Source: Candidatus Kerfeldbacteria bacterium (GTDB taxonomy: Bacteria > Patescibacteriota > Patescibacteriia > UBA10025 > JAHIVO01). Taken from it: a DNA stretch of 64,000 nucleotides. The stretch covers positions 856,007-920,006 of the forward strand of contig JACROE010000002.1 of NCBI GenBank assembly GCA_016214565.1, in the 5' to 3' direction. This document shows, piece by piece, positions 1-10,349 of the stretch (its first letter is position 1; each line of letters opens with the position of its first letter). The notes under the pieces were generated by a model, which ran no database searches, was not told the origin of the DNA, and worked only from the letters and a program-made list of their open reading frames with translations. The position numbers and the translations under genes are program-made.

Positions 1-10
1 TGATTAAAAC

Positions 11-1597
11 TTGATAATAAGAGAAAATATAAATGTGAATACAGTAAAGGTATTATTTTTTTTAGTCATTATTCTGGGAGTAGCAGCGCTCTTTCGTTTT
101 TCATTTTTGTCATCAATTCCACCGGGTATCCATCCTGATGCAGCTGCTAATGGGATTGATGCCTGGGATGCATTGGTTCATAATAATCGACAAGTTTTTT
201 ATGAAGGCAATTCTGGCCGTGAGGGGCTTTTTATTAATTTCATTTCGTACTCATTTGATTGGTTTGGTCCGAGTTTAGTGGCTTATAAATTACCCGGATG
301 TTTGATCGGGCTTCTTTCGGTATTGGGGATGTATTTTCTTGGAAAAGAGATTACCCAAAAGCAATACGGGGGTTTGATTGCATCTTTTTTGATGGCAACA
401 TCTTTCTGGATGGTCATATTTGATCGTACTGGATTTCGCGCCACTCTTTCGGTCTGTTCTGTAATTTGGGTATCATTTTTTTTATTACGCGCGTTTCGTA
501 CGACTCAATGGCATGATTATGCACTTGCTGGCATTTTTTTAGGCGTTGGGTTGCATAGCTATACTTCATTCCGCTTTATGCCTTTGGTTGTGGTGGCTGC
601 GTATGGGTACGCGCTTTGGGCATGGCGAAAATTGAAAAATGCCTCGTGGCTCCATATATTTCAATTGCATAAATATTTCATTCTAACCGTCGTCATTGCA
701 TTATTTATTTTTAGTCCGTTACTTCAGTATTATCTTGTCCATCCGGAAACATTTATGGGACGCGCACATGAAGTATCGGTATTTACCCAGTCAGAAACTT
801 CGAAACATTTATGGCAAAGCACAACTTCAAATTTATTATTTTTTAATATTTCTGGCGATCCGAACTGGCGGCATAACGTGGCTCGGTTGCCGGCCCTCGA
901 TACACTCCTGGGGGCATTTTTTTTGGCAGGGGTTGCCATTGTTGGATATTCACTCATAAAAAAAAGAGAATCAGCGCCTGACACTTCTACTCAGACACGC
1001 GTGGCAAATTTTTTTATGTTATGCCTATTGGGCATGATGATTATTCCAGCGGCGATAACCTATTCTCCGGGCGGCATCCCTCATGCCTTACGAATTATAA
1101 ATACCGCGCCAGCTGTTTACCTCCTTGTGACCATTGCCGCGGTGACCATCTATGAACGAGTAAAGAATTCTGGGGTTGTTCAACGTCCGATTCTTCTTAT
1201 GAGCATTACCTTGCTGGCTACCTATCTGGTCACCTTCAATGCAGTACTCTACTTCATGCGCTGGGGAGACAATGGTCAGGTAGCGCACGAATTCAGCGAA
1301 GATTACACGCATGTCTCAGACTATATCAAGGATTTGTCGGCTACCGGGAGTACGGTTTTACTTGTGTCCGATAGCAGTGAACTGCAATTCTTTTTACTTG
1401 CAGTAAAAAATGTAATCATCACGTCAAAATTTGAAGCAGTGGAATTTGAAACGTCACGTCCTGACGTCGTTGTATTTTCGAATTTTGGACAAAATAATAT
1501 ACGTGATCGCGAAATATTGATTACTCAGGGCATGCAAATGTCGAGTGGTTTGACTTTTGGCAGAGGGGGGCACACCGTGGTTGTTTTTTCAAGGTAG
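11..1597 (+). CDS. Polytopic membrane glycosyltransferase, GT39/PMT_2 (ArnT/dolichyl-phosphate-mannose mannosyltransferase-like) family. The start is uncertain: TTG at 11, or GTG at 35.
   Basis: 528-aa ORF with many TM helices. The N-terminal loop has Asp/Glu-rich motifs (HPDAAANGIDAWD...EGNSGREGLF) typical of GT-C fold ArnT/PMT enzymes. Confidence 0.5.
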   Translation: MIIRENINVNTVKVLFFLVIILGVAALFRFSFLSSIPPGIHPDAAANGIDAWDALVHNNRQVFYEGNSGREGLFINFISYSFDWFGPSLVAYKLPGCLIGLLSVLGMYFLGKEITQKQYGGLIASFLMATSFWMVIFDRTGFRATLSVCSVIWVSFFLLRAFRTTQWHDYALAGIFLGVGLHSYTSFRFMPLVVVAAYGYALWAWRKLKNASWLHIFQLHKYFILTVVIALFIFSPLLQYYLVHPETFMGRAHEVSVFTQSETSKHLWQSTTSNLLFFNISGDPNWRHNVARLPALDTLLGAFFLAGVAIVGYSLIKKRESAPDTSTQTRVANFFMLCLLGMMIIPAAITYSPGGIPHALRIINTAPAVYLLVTIAAVTIYERVKNSGVVQRPILLMSITLLATYLVTFNAVLYFMRWGDNGQVAHEFSEDYTHVSDYIKDLSATGSTVLLVSDSSELQFFLLAVKNVIITSKFEAVEFETSRPDVVVFSNFGQNNIRDREILITQGMQMSSGLTFGRGGHTVVVFSR

Positions 1598-1978
1598 TTT
1601 GATTACCAGTTGCATTAAAAGATGCAATTAATGTATGGTTGTTGTTTTTATTTTCAAATTATCCTCCCATAGGTAACCTTGTCTGCCAAGGAGCAATCGT
1701 TAAACTTTTTGTCAAAACAAAAGCGTCCACTCGTCTTAGGGACTTAAGTAATATCCTAGCATTGATCAGGGTAGTTTGTCGGCTGATCGCTATTCATATT
1801 CTATCTTGCTTGACAGGATGCAATAAATAGTGTTTAACTCAAACGGCTGTACTAGATCGACCCCTTAGTCGACCTCCATGTCGCATATAGATATTCTGTA
1901 AAAAATGTGCTTGAAGATATACCCCCTTTCCCCCCGTCCTGCGTTGATAGTCAGCCTGCATGAAAATTTGACTATACT

Positions 1979-3727
1979 ATGATAAGTTTTATCACACGGG
2001 ATGACCAGCATTCTCGGCTCTGGAAGGAGCTGGAAAAAGAGAAGGTCATTTCACATGAAGATTACAAATCAGCAGTGAAGCGCGCCAAGCGGACCGACCG
2101 GCATATTGCCGAGGTTCTCTTTGAGGTGGATCGGGCATCTCAGGATAAGTTGCTTAAAATTTTTTCGACTTTTTATAATTTGCCAGCCGTTGATTTGCAC
2201 AATAAAGTGATTGCTCGGTATGTGTTGACACTTATTCCTAAGGAAGTGGCTGAGCAACATTCCATCGTTGTATTCAAAAAGAAGGATCAGGTGATTCATA
2301 TTGCCACGACGAATCCCGATAACGAGCAAGCTATCGATTTTATCAGGAAAAAAACCGGTCTCGAACCGTTGGTGCATTTGGCCAGTCAGTCCGCTATCCA
2401 ATCCGCTATTCGGAAATATCAGAGTGAAATAAAATCAGAGTTTGCAAAAATTGTTGAGGATAGTATCCAAGAAGCGCTCAATTCTGATGAGTCGCCGGAA
2501 AAAATTGCCCAATTCGTTCCCGTGATTAAGATGCTCGACACGGTCATTGACCAGGCCCTAACCCAGAATGCTTCCGATATTCATATTGAGCCTGGAGCTG
2601 ATGCGGTCGTTATTCGCTACCGAGTTGATGGCTTGCTGAAGAAAATCGTTGAGTTACCCCGGGAGATCTTGCCTCCACTTCTCACCAGAATCAAATTGCT
2701 GTCGAGTGTTAAAATCGATGAAAACCGTTTGCCACAAGACGGCCGTTTCACAGTTGTCCACGAGAATCGTGAAGTGGCTATCCGTACGTCCATCATTCCC
2801 ACACTGCACGGCTCTAAAGTGGTGATGCGCCTGCTTGATCGTAAACGACAGGAGTTTACTTTGCAGAAGCTCGGTCTCAATAAGCGGGATTATATGACTG
2901 TGCGTGATGAGATTACTAAGCCGCATGGTATGGTATTGGTCACCGGGCCGACTGGTTCGGGGAAAACCACCACGCTTTACGCAATTTTACAGCTGACCAA
3001 TAAGGAGGGGGTTAATATCAGCACTATTGAGGATCCGATTGAGTATGGTTTACCTGGCATCAATCAAACGCAGGTCAATCCAGCTGCTGGTTTAACGTTT
3101 GCTAATGGACTGCGCTCGCTATTGCGCCAAGACCCCAATATTCTGATGGTTGGGGAAATTCGTGATACCGATACTGCGGCAATCGCCGTGAATGCTGCTA
3201 TGACGGGTCACCTCGTTCTGACAACTCTCCATACCAATTCCGCATTCCAAGTCCTTGAGCGATTAGTCGAGATGGGCGTGTTGCCATTTTTGGCCGCCTC
3301 CGTTACACGTCTGGTAATCGGTCAGCGCTTGCTCAGGCAGATTTGCAGCCGGTGTCGGACTCGCGTAGAACCAAAGAAGAAACTACTTGAGCGTTATCAG
3401 CCGCTTTTCAAAATTAATGAAGCTTTTAATAAATTAACTAACCTCGGGCTACTGAATCCGGAAAAGCCACTGAGCCACCTCCCGTTCTATTATGGGAAGG
3501 GATGTGCTCACTGCAATCAGACTGGCTATCGCGGACGACTTGGCGTATTTGAAATTTTGAAAGTTGACGACCGACTGCATCAGGCAATTATTCGCGATCC
3601 GTCTGCCGATTCGATCAAGAAAGCCGCTCTGGACGCTGGGGCAACGACAATGGTTGAGGATGGGCTGCTCAAAGTTTTCCAAGGGCAAACCACTTTTGAG
3701 GAGTTGGTTCGCGTAACGAGAGAATAA
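1979..3727 (+). CDS. pilB: Type IV pilus assembly / type II secretion ATPase PilB (GspE family)
   Basis: 582 aa. Has a GSPII_E N-terminal domain, Walker A GPTGSGKTTT, Asp box, His box and a C-terminal tetracysteine (CSRC...CAHC). TATACT sits immediately before the ATG, suggesting a leaderless mRNA. Confidence 0.88.
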   Translation: MISFITRDDQHSRLWKELEKEKVISHEDYKSAVKRAKRTDRHIAEVLFEVDRASQDKLLKIFSTFYNLPAVDLHNKVIARYVLTLIPKEVAEQHSIVVFKKKDQVIHIATTNPDNEQAIDFIRKKTGLEPLVHLASQSAIQSAIRKYQSEIKSEFAKIVEDSIQEALNSDESPEKIAQFVPVIKMLDTVIDQALTQNASDIHIEPGADAVVIRYRVDGLLKKIVELPREILPPLLTRIKLLSSVKIDENRLPQDGRFTVVHENREVAIRTSIIPTLHGSKVVMRLLDRKRQEFTLQKLGLNKRDYMTVRDEITKPHGMVLVTGPTGSGKTTTLYAILQLTNKEGVNISTIEDPIEYGLPGINQTQVNPAAGLTFANGLRSLLRQDPNILMVGEIRDTDTAAIAVNAAMTGHLVLTTLHTNSAFQVLERLVEMGVLPFLAASVTRLVIGQRLLRQICSRCRTRVEPKKKLLERYQPLFKINEAFNKLTNLGLLNPEKPLSHLPFYYGKGCAHCNQTGYRGRLGVFEILKVDDRLHQAIIRDPSADSIKKAALDAGATTMVEDGLLKVFQGQTTFEELVRVTRE

Positions 3728-3731
3728 TAGT

Positions 3732-4937
3732 ATGATATTCAAATACACTGCACTCGACAAAAAAGATGCCTTTACCAAAGGTGTGATTGAGGTAAAGAGT
3801 GAGAAGGCGGCTCGTGCTCAATTAGAGAACGAAGGCTTTATGATTGTCAGCTTGAAGGCTGAAAAGTCAGAACGGTTTTCCGCATTTAATAATGTATTTC
3901 AGACAGTCGGGCGAGTCGATAAGATTTTTTTCACCCGCCATCTTTTCACTATTCTCGAATCAGGCATTCCGCTTGATCAAGCGATTAAAATAACCAGCGA
4001 GCAAACACCGAATAAGAAATTTAGTGAAATCCTGGACGACATACATAAGAATTTGCAGCACGGACAGACGTTTCATTTTGCGCTGTCCCAACATCCCCAG
4101 TATTTCTCAAAGTTTTTTACGAGTTTGATTCGGGTCGGGGAGTGGAGTGGAAAATTGGATGAGGTACTCTCGTATTCTCTGGAGCAGCAAGAAAATGATT
4201 TTGAATTGGTGACGAAAACCCGGTCTGCTATGATTTATCCCGCGGTGATCCTGGCCGCTCTCATTGTTATCTTTATTTTCATGATGACCTTTGTCGTCCC
4301 GAAAATTACTGAAGTGCTGACTCAGTACGAGGTTGAATTACCCCTTTTGACTAAGATCATTATTGGTCTTAGTGAATTCGTCATTCATTATGGTCTTTTT
4401 TTGATTCCGGCATTCGGTTTGTTCTGGTACATTTTTCATAAATGGAAAAGCACGCCAAAGGGTAAGCGTCAGTGGGACAGTTTGATTCTGTCGCTGCCTC
4501 GGGTAAAACAAATTGTTGCTGAATTTAATCTCGCCCGCATCAACCGGTCATTGAGTGCGCTACTGAAAAGTGGCATGCAGATAGATCAGGCGCTTGCACT
4601 TACCGCTGACGTCACCAATAACAGCCATTATGCTACCTCCCTCAAAGAGAGTATCAAATTTGTACAAAAGGGAATTGCGTTCTCTGAGACCCTGCGGGGC
4701 TACCCGCATTTGTACCCACCGATTACCGTGCAAATGATTTATGTGGGAGAGCGGACGGGAAAATTTGATCACATGTTGTCTCGATTAGCCGTTTTTTATG
4801 AGAAAGCTGTCTTGACTGCCTCAAGCAATCTCGCGTTGGTGATTGAGCCAGTGTTATTGATTACTATTGGATTAGCTGTGGCCCTGATGGCCATCGGCAT
4901 CCTGACTCCTATTTGGAATTATGCTCAAACGATCTAA
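3732..4937 (+). CDS. pilC: Type IV pilus inner-membrane platform protein PilC (GspF family)
   Basis: 401 aa with two GspF repeats and three TM segments. Lies directly downstream of pilB. Confidence 0.82.
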   Translation: MIFKYTALDKKDAFTKGVIEVKSEKAARAQLENEGFMIVSLKAEKSERFSAFNNVFQTVGRVDKIFFTRHLFTILESGIPLDQAIKITSEQTPNKKFSEILDDIHKNLQHGQTFHFALSQHPQYFSKFFTSLIRVGEWSGKLDEVLSYSLEQQENDFELVTKTRSAMIYPAVILAALIVIFIFMMTFVVPKITEVLTQYEVELPLLTKIIIGLSEFVIHYGLFLIPAFGLFWYIFHKWKSTPKGKRQWDSLILSLPRVKQIVAEFNLARINRSLSALLKSGMQIDQALALTADVTNNSHYATSLKESIKFVQKGIAFSETLRGYPHLYPPITVQMIYVGERTGKFDHMLSRLAVFYEKAVLTASSNLALVIEPVLLITIGLAVALMAIGILTPIWNYAQTI

Positions 4938-5379
4938 TATGCTATTGCCCCTGAATCAGAAGGCCTTCACGCTCATTGAGTTGCTGGTGGTGATGAGTAT
5001 CGTAGGAATCATTTCCGCGGTCGGCTTTCCCGCCTTTGCTGCGATGCAAAAGAATATTAGCCTGAAAAACTATACCAAAGAAATAGTCAGCAATTTGCGC
5101 CACGCCCACAATTTAGCGGTTGCGTCACAAGACGGTGAGAATCATGGTATTTATTTCTTGGAGAAAGAGTATGGCACCTGTGAACAAAACTGTACCATCC
5201 ATACCGCCGCGTATGACATTGCCAATGGCGTAGAAGTACTACAGGGATCGGGTGATTCAGTTATTTTTGACCGGCTAACAGGTAATACTTCTGCTCAAAC
5301 AATTGTGGTCGGATTTGACGGTGGGAAACAAAATACGATTGTTATCGACGCGTCGGGTCGTATCACGACGCTCTACTAA
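4921..5379 (+). CDS. Prepilin-type pseudopilin (GspH/FimT-like)
   Basis: N-terminal class III signal and N-methylation motif KAFTLIELLVVMSIVGII, followed by a hydrophobic helix. Confidence 0.65.
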   Translation: MLKRSNMLLPLNQKAFTLIELLVVMSIVGIISAVGFPAFAAMQKNISLKNYTKEIVSNLRHAHNLAVASQDGENHGIYFLEKEYGTCEQNCTIHTAAYDIANGVEVLQGSGDSVIFDRLTGNTSAQTIVVGFDGGKQNTIVIDASGRITTLY

Positions 5380-5380
5380 T

Positions 5381-5881
5381 ATGACCAAGCAATCAAACCA
5401 GGGGTTCAGCGTGATCGAGGTGCTGATCAGTTTGGGGATGATCACGCTGATCGTTGCCAGCATTGGCGCCGCCCTGACTGCTAATAATCGATTGGGCCAG
5501 GCAGGCAGTACCAAGGATCAAGCTTTGGCCTATGCTCGAGAAAGCATGGAGGTCGTCGCTCAACAGGCAAATTCATTCTTTGCACAATGCCCAGGCAATC
5601 TGAATTGCTGGATCGCATTTGATAGTACCCAGCCGTACTTCATTACCGACGCCAATACGTTGGTAGCGGGGACTGAGACGCTGAACACGGGCCAGATGAC
5701 GATGACTCGCAGCATTACCTTCACTGATCTGCGGCGTGACGCCAATGGTGACATAGTTGCATCGGGGGGAACGGTTGACCCAAGCTCAAAAAAGGTGACG
5801 GTCGTCGTGTCCTGGGTGCAGCACGGCCAGTCAAAGAACGTAACGTTGAGCACAATTCTTACCCGATGGAAGAATGTATAG
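5381..5881 (+). CDS. Prepilin-type minor pilin
   Basis: N-terminus NQGFSVIEVLISLGMITLIVAS (prepilin cleavage/methylation motif). The ORF-track start at 5303 overlaps the upstream gene; the ATG at 5381 follows that gene's stop. Confidence 0.6.
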   Translation: MTKQSNQGFSVIEVLISLGMITLIVASIGAALTANNRLGQAGSTKDQALAYARESMEVVAQQANSFFAQCPGNLNCWIAFDSTQPYFITDANTLVAGTETLNTGQMTMTRSITFTDLRRDANGDIVASGGTVDPSSKKVTVVVSWVQHGQSKNVTLSTILTRWKNV

Positions 5882-6374
5882 TATGAACAATGTAATGAAA
5901 AATCAGTCCGGCTATACGTTGATGGAGCTCTTGGTGTACCTGAGTATTGTCACCGTGAGCGTGCTGGTATTCACCACGTTTGTGGTTAATGTGACGAAAA
6001 ATTCAGCACGCGCAGAAATGAGGCAGGAATTGCAGGAAAATGCTCGTGTAGTGAGCAATCGTCTTATTCAGAATATCCGGCAGGCGGCCAGTGTTGATCA
6101 GGCCAATTCAATCTTTGATGTGCCCAGCGGCACCCTGGCGCTGAACCAAGCGGTAGGAGCAGACATTACATTTCGTCTGGTCAATAATACGGTGGTGTAC
6201 AACGATGGCACCACTGATTATGTCTTGACCAGCAACCGTGTGAAAGTAACTACGATGCAATTTTCTCACACAGTTGATTTGGTAAAAGTCGAATTGACTT
6301 TCGAACAGCCGAATGACTCATCCCAATCATTCACCCTGCACACGGCGGCGCTTGCCCGGCAGTCAATTTATTAA
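5874..6374 (+). CDS. Prepilin-type minor pilin
   Basis: N-terminus QSGYTLMELLVYLSIVTVSVLVF (prepilin motif). Confidence 0.6.
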   Translation: MYSMNNVMKNQSGYTLMELLVYLSIVTVSVLVFTTFVVNVTKNSARAEMRQELQENARVVSNRLIQNIRQAASVDQANSIFDVPSGTLALNQAVGADITFRLVNNTVVYNDGTTDYVLTSNRVKVTTMQFSHTVDLVKVELTFEQPNDSSQSFTLHTAALARQSIY

Positions 6375-8164
6375 TGCGTATGCACGTCATTTCCTCTAAT
6401 CAACGTGGAGCCATCGCTGTCATCTCACTGATGATCATCGCGAGCTTTGCTTTGGCCGTGATCACCACGGTCAGTCTTACTTCGATGAACGTATTTCGGG
6501 GTGCGGACGCAGGTATTGATACGGATCAAACTTTTTATGCGGCAGAGGCGGGGATTAATGAGGGATTGTATGAGCTGAATATCGATCCGTCGCCGCATGA
6601 ATTTTGCCTGGGTTTTGATGCCATTACGGTGAATTGTGACGATGCGGCGATACGCGATAAAGTGCGGGTAACCATTACCGCAAATGGATACAATCGGACC
6701 ATTACTTCAGTCGCACAGGATGCATCCGGCAAAGAACGAACGCTTCATATCGAGGTAACGACCTCGTCAATTTCAGTGCCATTGCAATATGCGGTACATT
6801 CGGGCCGGGGTGGATTCATCCTTGATAATGGCGCGCAAGTAAAGGGACCGATTTATTCTAATGGAAATATTGAGGGCTCAAATACCTCACTTATCACTGG
6901 AGAAGTGCAGGTCGCTAATGAGCCAACGCCTAGCCCGAAACAAGAGAGTCACCCTTTACCGTACTCAATCGCTCAGGATGCGGCACACCTCAGGGTGGCG
7001 CAGCAGATTGTTCCGCCAGTCACTGAACGGCTTACCAAGGTCAGCCTCTACATCCAACGATCATCGAATCAACAACTACCGGAGCTTCCTGGGACGCCGT
7101 ATCAAGTAAAAATTGTCCGTGATATTGCGGGGTCTCCGGATCTCACCCAAGTCGTTGCGCAGCAACAAATCAGTATCCCGAGAGATATTGACTGGGTACC
7201 TATTACATTCACTCCCGCACCATTATTAACCTCAGGACAACCGTATTGGATTGTTGTTGGCGCCACTGCTCAAACTAATGCAACTCGGTACATCATCTGG
7301 GATTACAATGATAATCCTGACACCTATGCTGATGGGGCAGCAAAATATTTTGATAATACGACAGGTACTTGGAATACCATTGCGGGGGATTTCTCCTTTC
7401 AGACATTACTGGGTATTGGTGATACCTTCGTTAAGGACGGGACGGTCAATGGTGATATTACCGCGCACTCGATTATTAATGTTAGCGGGACGGGCTCACG
7501 CACCTCGGGAGCGGGTGTCAATCCGCCCCGTGTCGATTACCCGATAACCGATGCTGACATTAACGACTGGAAATCAGGTGCTCAAGCCGGGGGTGAACTG
7601 AACTGTGGTCCAGGCTCAGCATGTACCAAGGATGCAAATGGGGACGTTACCATTACTGCGAATATGAGCATCGGTCCAAATGTTGTGCATGGGAATTTGA
7701 ATATTAATAGTGGAGTTTCCATAACCGTATTGGGGAATCTGTATGTTGAAAAAAATATAACGTTTAATCCGCCCGCCGGTGCAACCATGATAGTTGGCCC
7801 AGCCAATACACCAGCCGCACGGGTAGTGGTTGCTGAAGGCCAGATCAAAATTAAGAACAACGACATTCTCAGCGGTTCCGGGCATGTGCGGAGCTTTCTC
7901 CTGATGGTTTCGCTTGACGATTATCTGACTTCTGGGGAGATCGCTATCAGCCCTTCGAATAATAGTAGTTCAGTGCTTTTCTTTGCGCCGAAAGGTTTTG
8001 TTGAAATGGCCAATGGCACCTTCCTCAATAGTGCCACTGCGTATATTATCCACCTTGAGAATGCCATAATCGAGTACAATGAGAACCTGTCCGGTTTCAC
8101 CGTGCCTGATCCCACACCAGCCCCGATTGTGATTATCCCCGGACAAGGCTGGGAAGAGCAGTAA
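6374..8164 (+). CDS. Large PilX_N-domain minor pilin / putative pilus tip protein
   Basis: 596 aa. The N-terminus QRGAIAVISLMIIASFALAVITTVSL...FYAAEAGINEGLYEL matches the PilX N-terminal domain, followed by a long beta-rich Gly/Asn/Thr-rich region. Last gene of the pilin run. Confidence 0.5.
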   Translation: MRMHVISSNQRGAIAVISLMIIASFALAVITTVSLTSMNVFRGADAGIDTDQTFYAAEAGINEGLYELNIDPSPHEFCLGFDAITVNCDDAAIRDKVRVTITANGYNRTITSVAQDASGKERTLHIEVTTSSISVPLQYAVHSGRGGFILDNGAQVKGPIYSNGNIEGSNTSLITGEVQVANEPTPSPKQESHPLPYSIAQDAAHLRVAQQIVPPVTERLTKVSLYIQRSSNQQLPELPGTPYQVKIVRDIAGSPDLTQVVAQQQISIPRDIDWVPITFTPAPLLTSGQPYWIVVGATAQTNATRYIIWDYNDNPDTYADGAAKYFDNTTGTWNTIAGDFSFQTLLGIGDTFVKDGTVNGDITAHSIINVSGTGSRTSGAGVNPPRVDYPITDADINDWKSGAQAGGELNCGPGSACTKDANGDVTITANMSIGPNVVHGNLNINSGVSITVLGNLYVEKNITFNPPAGATMIVGPANTPAARVVVAEGQIKIKNNDILSGSGHVRSFLLMVSLDDYLTSGEIAISPSNNSSSVLFFAPKGFVEMANGTFLNSATAYIIHLENAIIEYNENLSGFTVPDPTPAPIVIIPGQGWEEQ

Positions 8165-8276
8165 TCTATTTCCTACATTAGTGTCGTCGTGTGCCTATAC
8201 CTGTGGTGGTACATTTTTTTGAGTTGCAAAAAGCGCCCCTGTTTACAATTTCGTTAGGCAGGAGCAAAATATATAT

Positions 8277-9581
8277 ATGAAAACAGTTGGCATTATTTTT
8301 GGTGCAGCGGTTATAGCAGTCATTGTTATTTGTGTCCAAGCACCGCGGGCAGCTGGGGAGATCGGGGATTGCCCCGCGGGCTACGAATTTCAGCCCTCCA
8401 GCGGGGTAGGCTGTGTCCAGATCAACTGCAACGATGTCGAGAACGGCCACTGGTCATACACCAGCGCCTGTATTTGCGGTTCAGCAGGCAGTATTTATGA
8501 GGATCCAACTGATCCGAACAAAGGGTGTTATTATGACAGGGACTATGCGGCTTGTCCTGGATGCCTCTATGCCTGCGTCCATACTGATGAAGCGTGTCCG
8601 GACGAGACGCCTCCGACTACCAATACAAACGCCAGTTCAAACGTAAATGCGTCCGTAAATACTAACGCCGCCTCAACTAATAGCGCTAGCGGTAATACCA
8701 ATCAGTTGGTAAATCAGAATAGTAATACATCGCTGACTACGGCTGGTGTGGGCAGTACTGCGAGTTGTACCGAGGAATGCAATAAATACCTGAGGGGCAA
8801 AAGGAATGCATCAGTTGTGTCCGCAACTGGTGAACCTCCGGACTGCGCTTGTCAGATCGATGTTCAAGCGGGCGGGGCGGTAACGCAAACTATTAAGATA
8901 GAGGGACCAATAGAAACAACGTATACGTTTGATCCATCGTCCGGCGCGCTGCTATCCCGGGTGACAGTGAATCGCCGGGATGAAATCGAAAAGATCCGCA
9001 AGCGTCTTGGCTATCGTTATACCGAGGCTGAGATTGACGCACTGCTTGCGCCAGAGAAAATTGACGCGTGGTTCCAGAGCCAGACGCAAAACATTAGGAC
9101 AACAACTAATTTGCTCAATCCGCAGTTCTGGTGGCAGCACGTGGTGGCAATACTTGATCACGGGTTTGATGGCAATAGCGCTGATTTTGTAGACACGTAC
9201 CAATTTGGCAGGTGCGGCGATTCAATGCAGTGGCTCGAGCGTGATTTGTCGGGCCAATTACGCTTGGGCGATGACGCAGACGAACCTGGTCAAAAACACG
9301 AAGCGATGCTTTCAATCACTGGAGAAAAATATGGCAACATGTTGAACCACACTTCATTGCTTATTCGGCCCGCCGGCATTACCAATGCGGAGTGGGAGGA
9401 CATCGTCAGAGAACTGAAGCAATTATCTGGCGGTACCGAGGATAATCCTGGCATTCAGCCAGGCGGTTTACAGAATATTGATCCGCGTTTGCTGGATGCA
9501 AAAGTTTTAGACCCATATAAGAAACAAATAACCACCGTGCGTGAATTCATTAAAGGCTGGTCATATATCCGTATTAGTTAG
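8277..9581 (+). CDS. Secreted cysteine-rich protein with low-complexity N/S/T linker (hypothetical)
   Basis: Signal peptide (MKTVGIIFGAAVIAVIVICVQA), about 16 Cys in the first 170 aa, then an N/S/T-rich low-complexity stretch and a globular C-terminal domain. Confidence 0.4.
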   Translation: MKTVGIIFGAAVIAVIVICVQAPRAAGEIGDCPAGYEFQPSSGVGCVQINCNDVENGHWSYTSACICGSAGSIYEDPTDPNKGCYYDRDYAACPGCLYACVHTDEACPDETPPTTNTNASSNVNASVNTNAASTNSASGNTNQLVNQNSNTSLTTAGVGSTASCTEECNKYLRGKRNASVVSATGEPPDCACQIDVQAGGAVTQTIKIEGPIETTYTFDPSSGALLSRVTVNRRDEIEKIRKRLGYRYTEAEIDALLAPEKIDAWFQSQTQNIRTTTNLLNPQFWWQHVVAILDHGFDGNSADFVDTYQFGRCGDSMQWLERDLSGQLRLGDDADEPGQKHEAMLSITGEKYGNMLNHTSLLIRPAGITNAEWEDIVRELKQLSGGTEDNPGIQPGGLQNIDPRLLDAKVLDPYKKQITTVREFIKGWSYIRIS

Positions 9582-9584
9582 TCT

Positions 9585-10079
9585 ATGAAAAAGATTCGTA
9601 TTATCACCATCATTGTGGGTTGTCTGGTCATTGTCCTCGCAGCAGGAGCAATTGTGCTGCGCCATGTCCCGGCGGTGACGTATGCGGTTGAGGATGTGGA
9701 CACTACTGCTCACTGGGGATCGATTTCTGGATCACTGAGTTACCCGAGCGATTTTATCCCAGCCTTAGGCGTTTGCGCTCAAACGAAGAATGCGACCGAA
9801 CAATATTGCACCTACAAAATGTTAGAGGATGATAAATATACTAATGGTGTTGGCTATTCTATTGCGGTTCCGCCGGGTGCGTATACCGTATTCAGCCATG
9901 AAGTGACGGAGTTGAACGCGTTGACTGGTTATCAGGACGGTGATTACCAAGCTTTTTACTCAAAGTTTGTTACCTGCGGCGGTACCAGTGATTGCACCTC
10001 TCACACGCCGGTTGTTGTAACGGTCGAGCGCAACCAAGACCTCGAAAATATTGACCCGATTGATTGGTATAATATTTAA
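9585..10079 (+). CDS. Signal-anchored exported protein (hypothetical)
   Basis: 164 aa with an N-terminal TM/signal anchor and several Cys residues. Separated from the upstream gene by 3 nt. Confidence 0.35.
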   Translation: MKKIRIITIIVGCLVIVLAAGAIVLRHVPAVTYAVEDVDTTAHWGSISGSLSYPSDFIPALGVCAQTKNATEQYCTYKMLEDDKYTNGVGYSIAVPPGAYTVFSHEVTELNALTGYQDGDYQAFYSKFVTCGGTSDCTSHTPVVVTVERNQDLENIDPIDWYNI

Positions 10080-10092
10080 TTAAGAGACACAT

Positions 10093-10308
10093 ATGGACCA
10101 AGTGTCACAACCCGTGCCATTACCGTATTCAAAAAGTATATTTAAGCAGTGGTGGCTGTGGTTAATTATTGTGGCTATTCTTATTGCAGTGTTGTTTATT
10201 CCGTATATCTCGGTGCCGGCGAGTTGCATGCCATGCCCGGACACCGCGACGAATTGTCCGGCGTGCCCGACGTACCAGCAAAATTTAATTGAGTATTGGT
10301 TTACGTAG
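10093..10308 (+). CDS. Small membrane protein with CxxC-rich tail (hypothetical)
   Basis: 71 aa: one TM helix followed by CMPCPDTATNCPACP. Confidence 0.3.
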   Translation: MDQVSQPVPLPYSKSIFKQWWLWLIIVAILIAVLFIPYISVPASCMPCPDTATNCPACPTYQQNLIEYWFT

Positions 10309-10349
10309 GCCAATAGAGCAACCACTCAAGGGAAAGTATCATCACCAGT

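Noticed and set aside
730-984. Antisense or overlapping ORFs inside confirmed genes (for example 730-984, 2069-2401, 22975-23556, 25771-26307, 48178-48801, 35097-35561)
   Set aside because: They are embedded opposite or out of frame within well-supported genes, and have no RBS or recognisable domains. They are typical shadow ORFs.
1639-1830. A 63-aa ORF in the 380-bp gap upstream of pilB
   Set aside because: There is no RBS and the composition is odd. The gap more likely holds the pilB promoter (TATACT abutting the ATG) and a weak terminator hairpin for the upstream gene.
8590-8760. A possible DNA tandem repeat underlying the N/S/T-rich protein segment
   Set aside because: The nucleotide sequence is not periodic. 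The low complexity is at the amino-acid level only.
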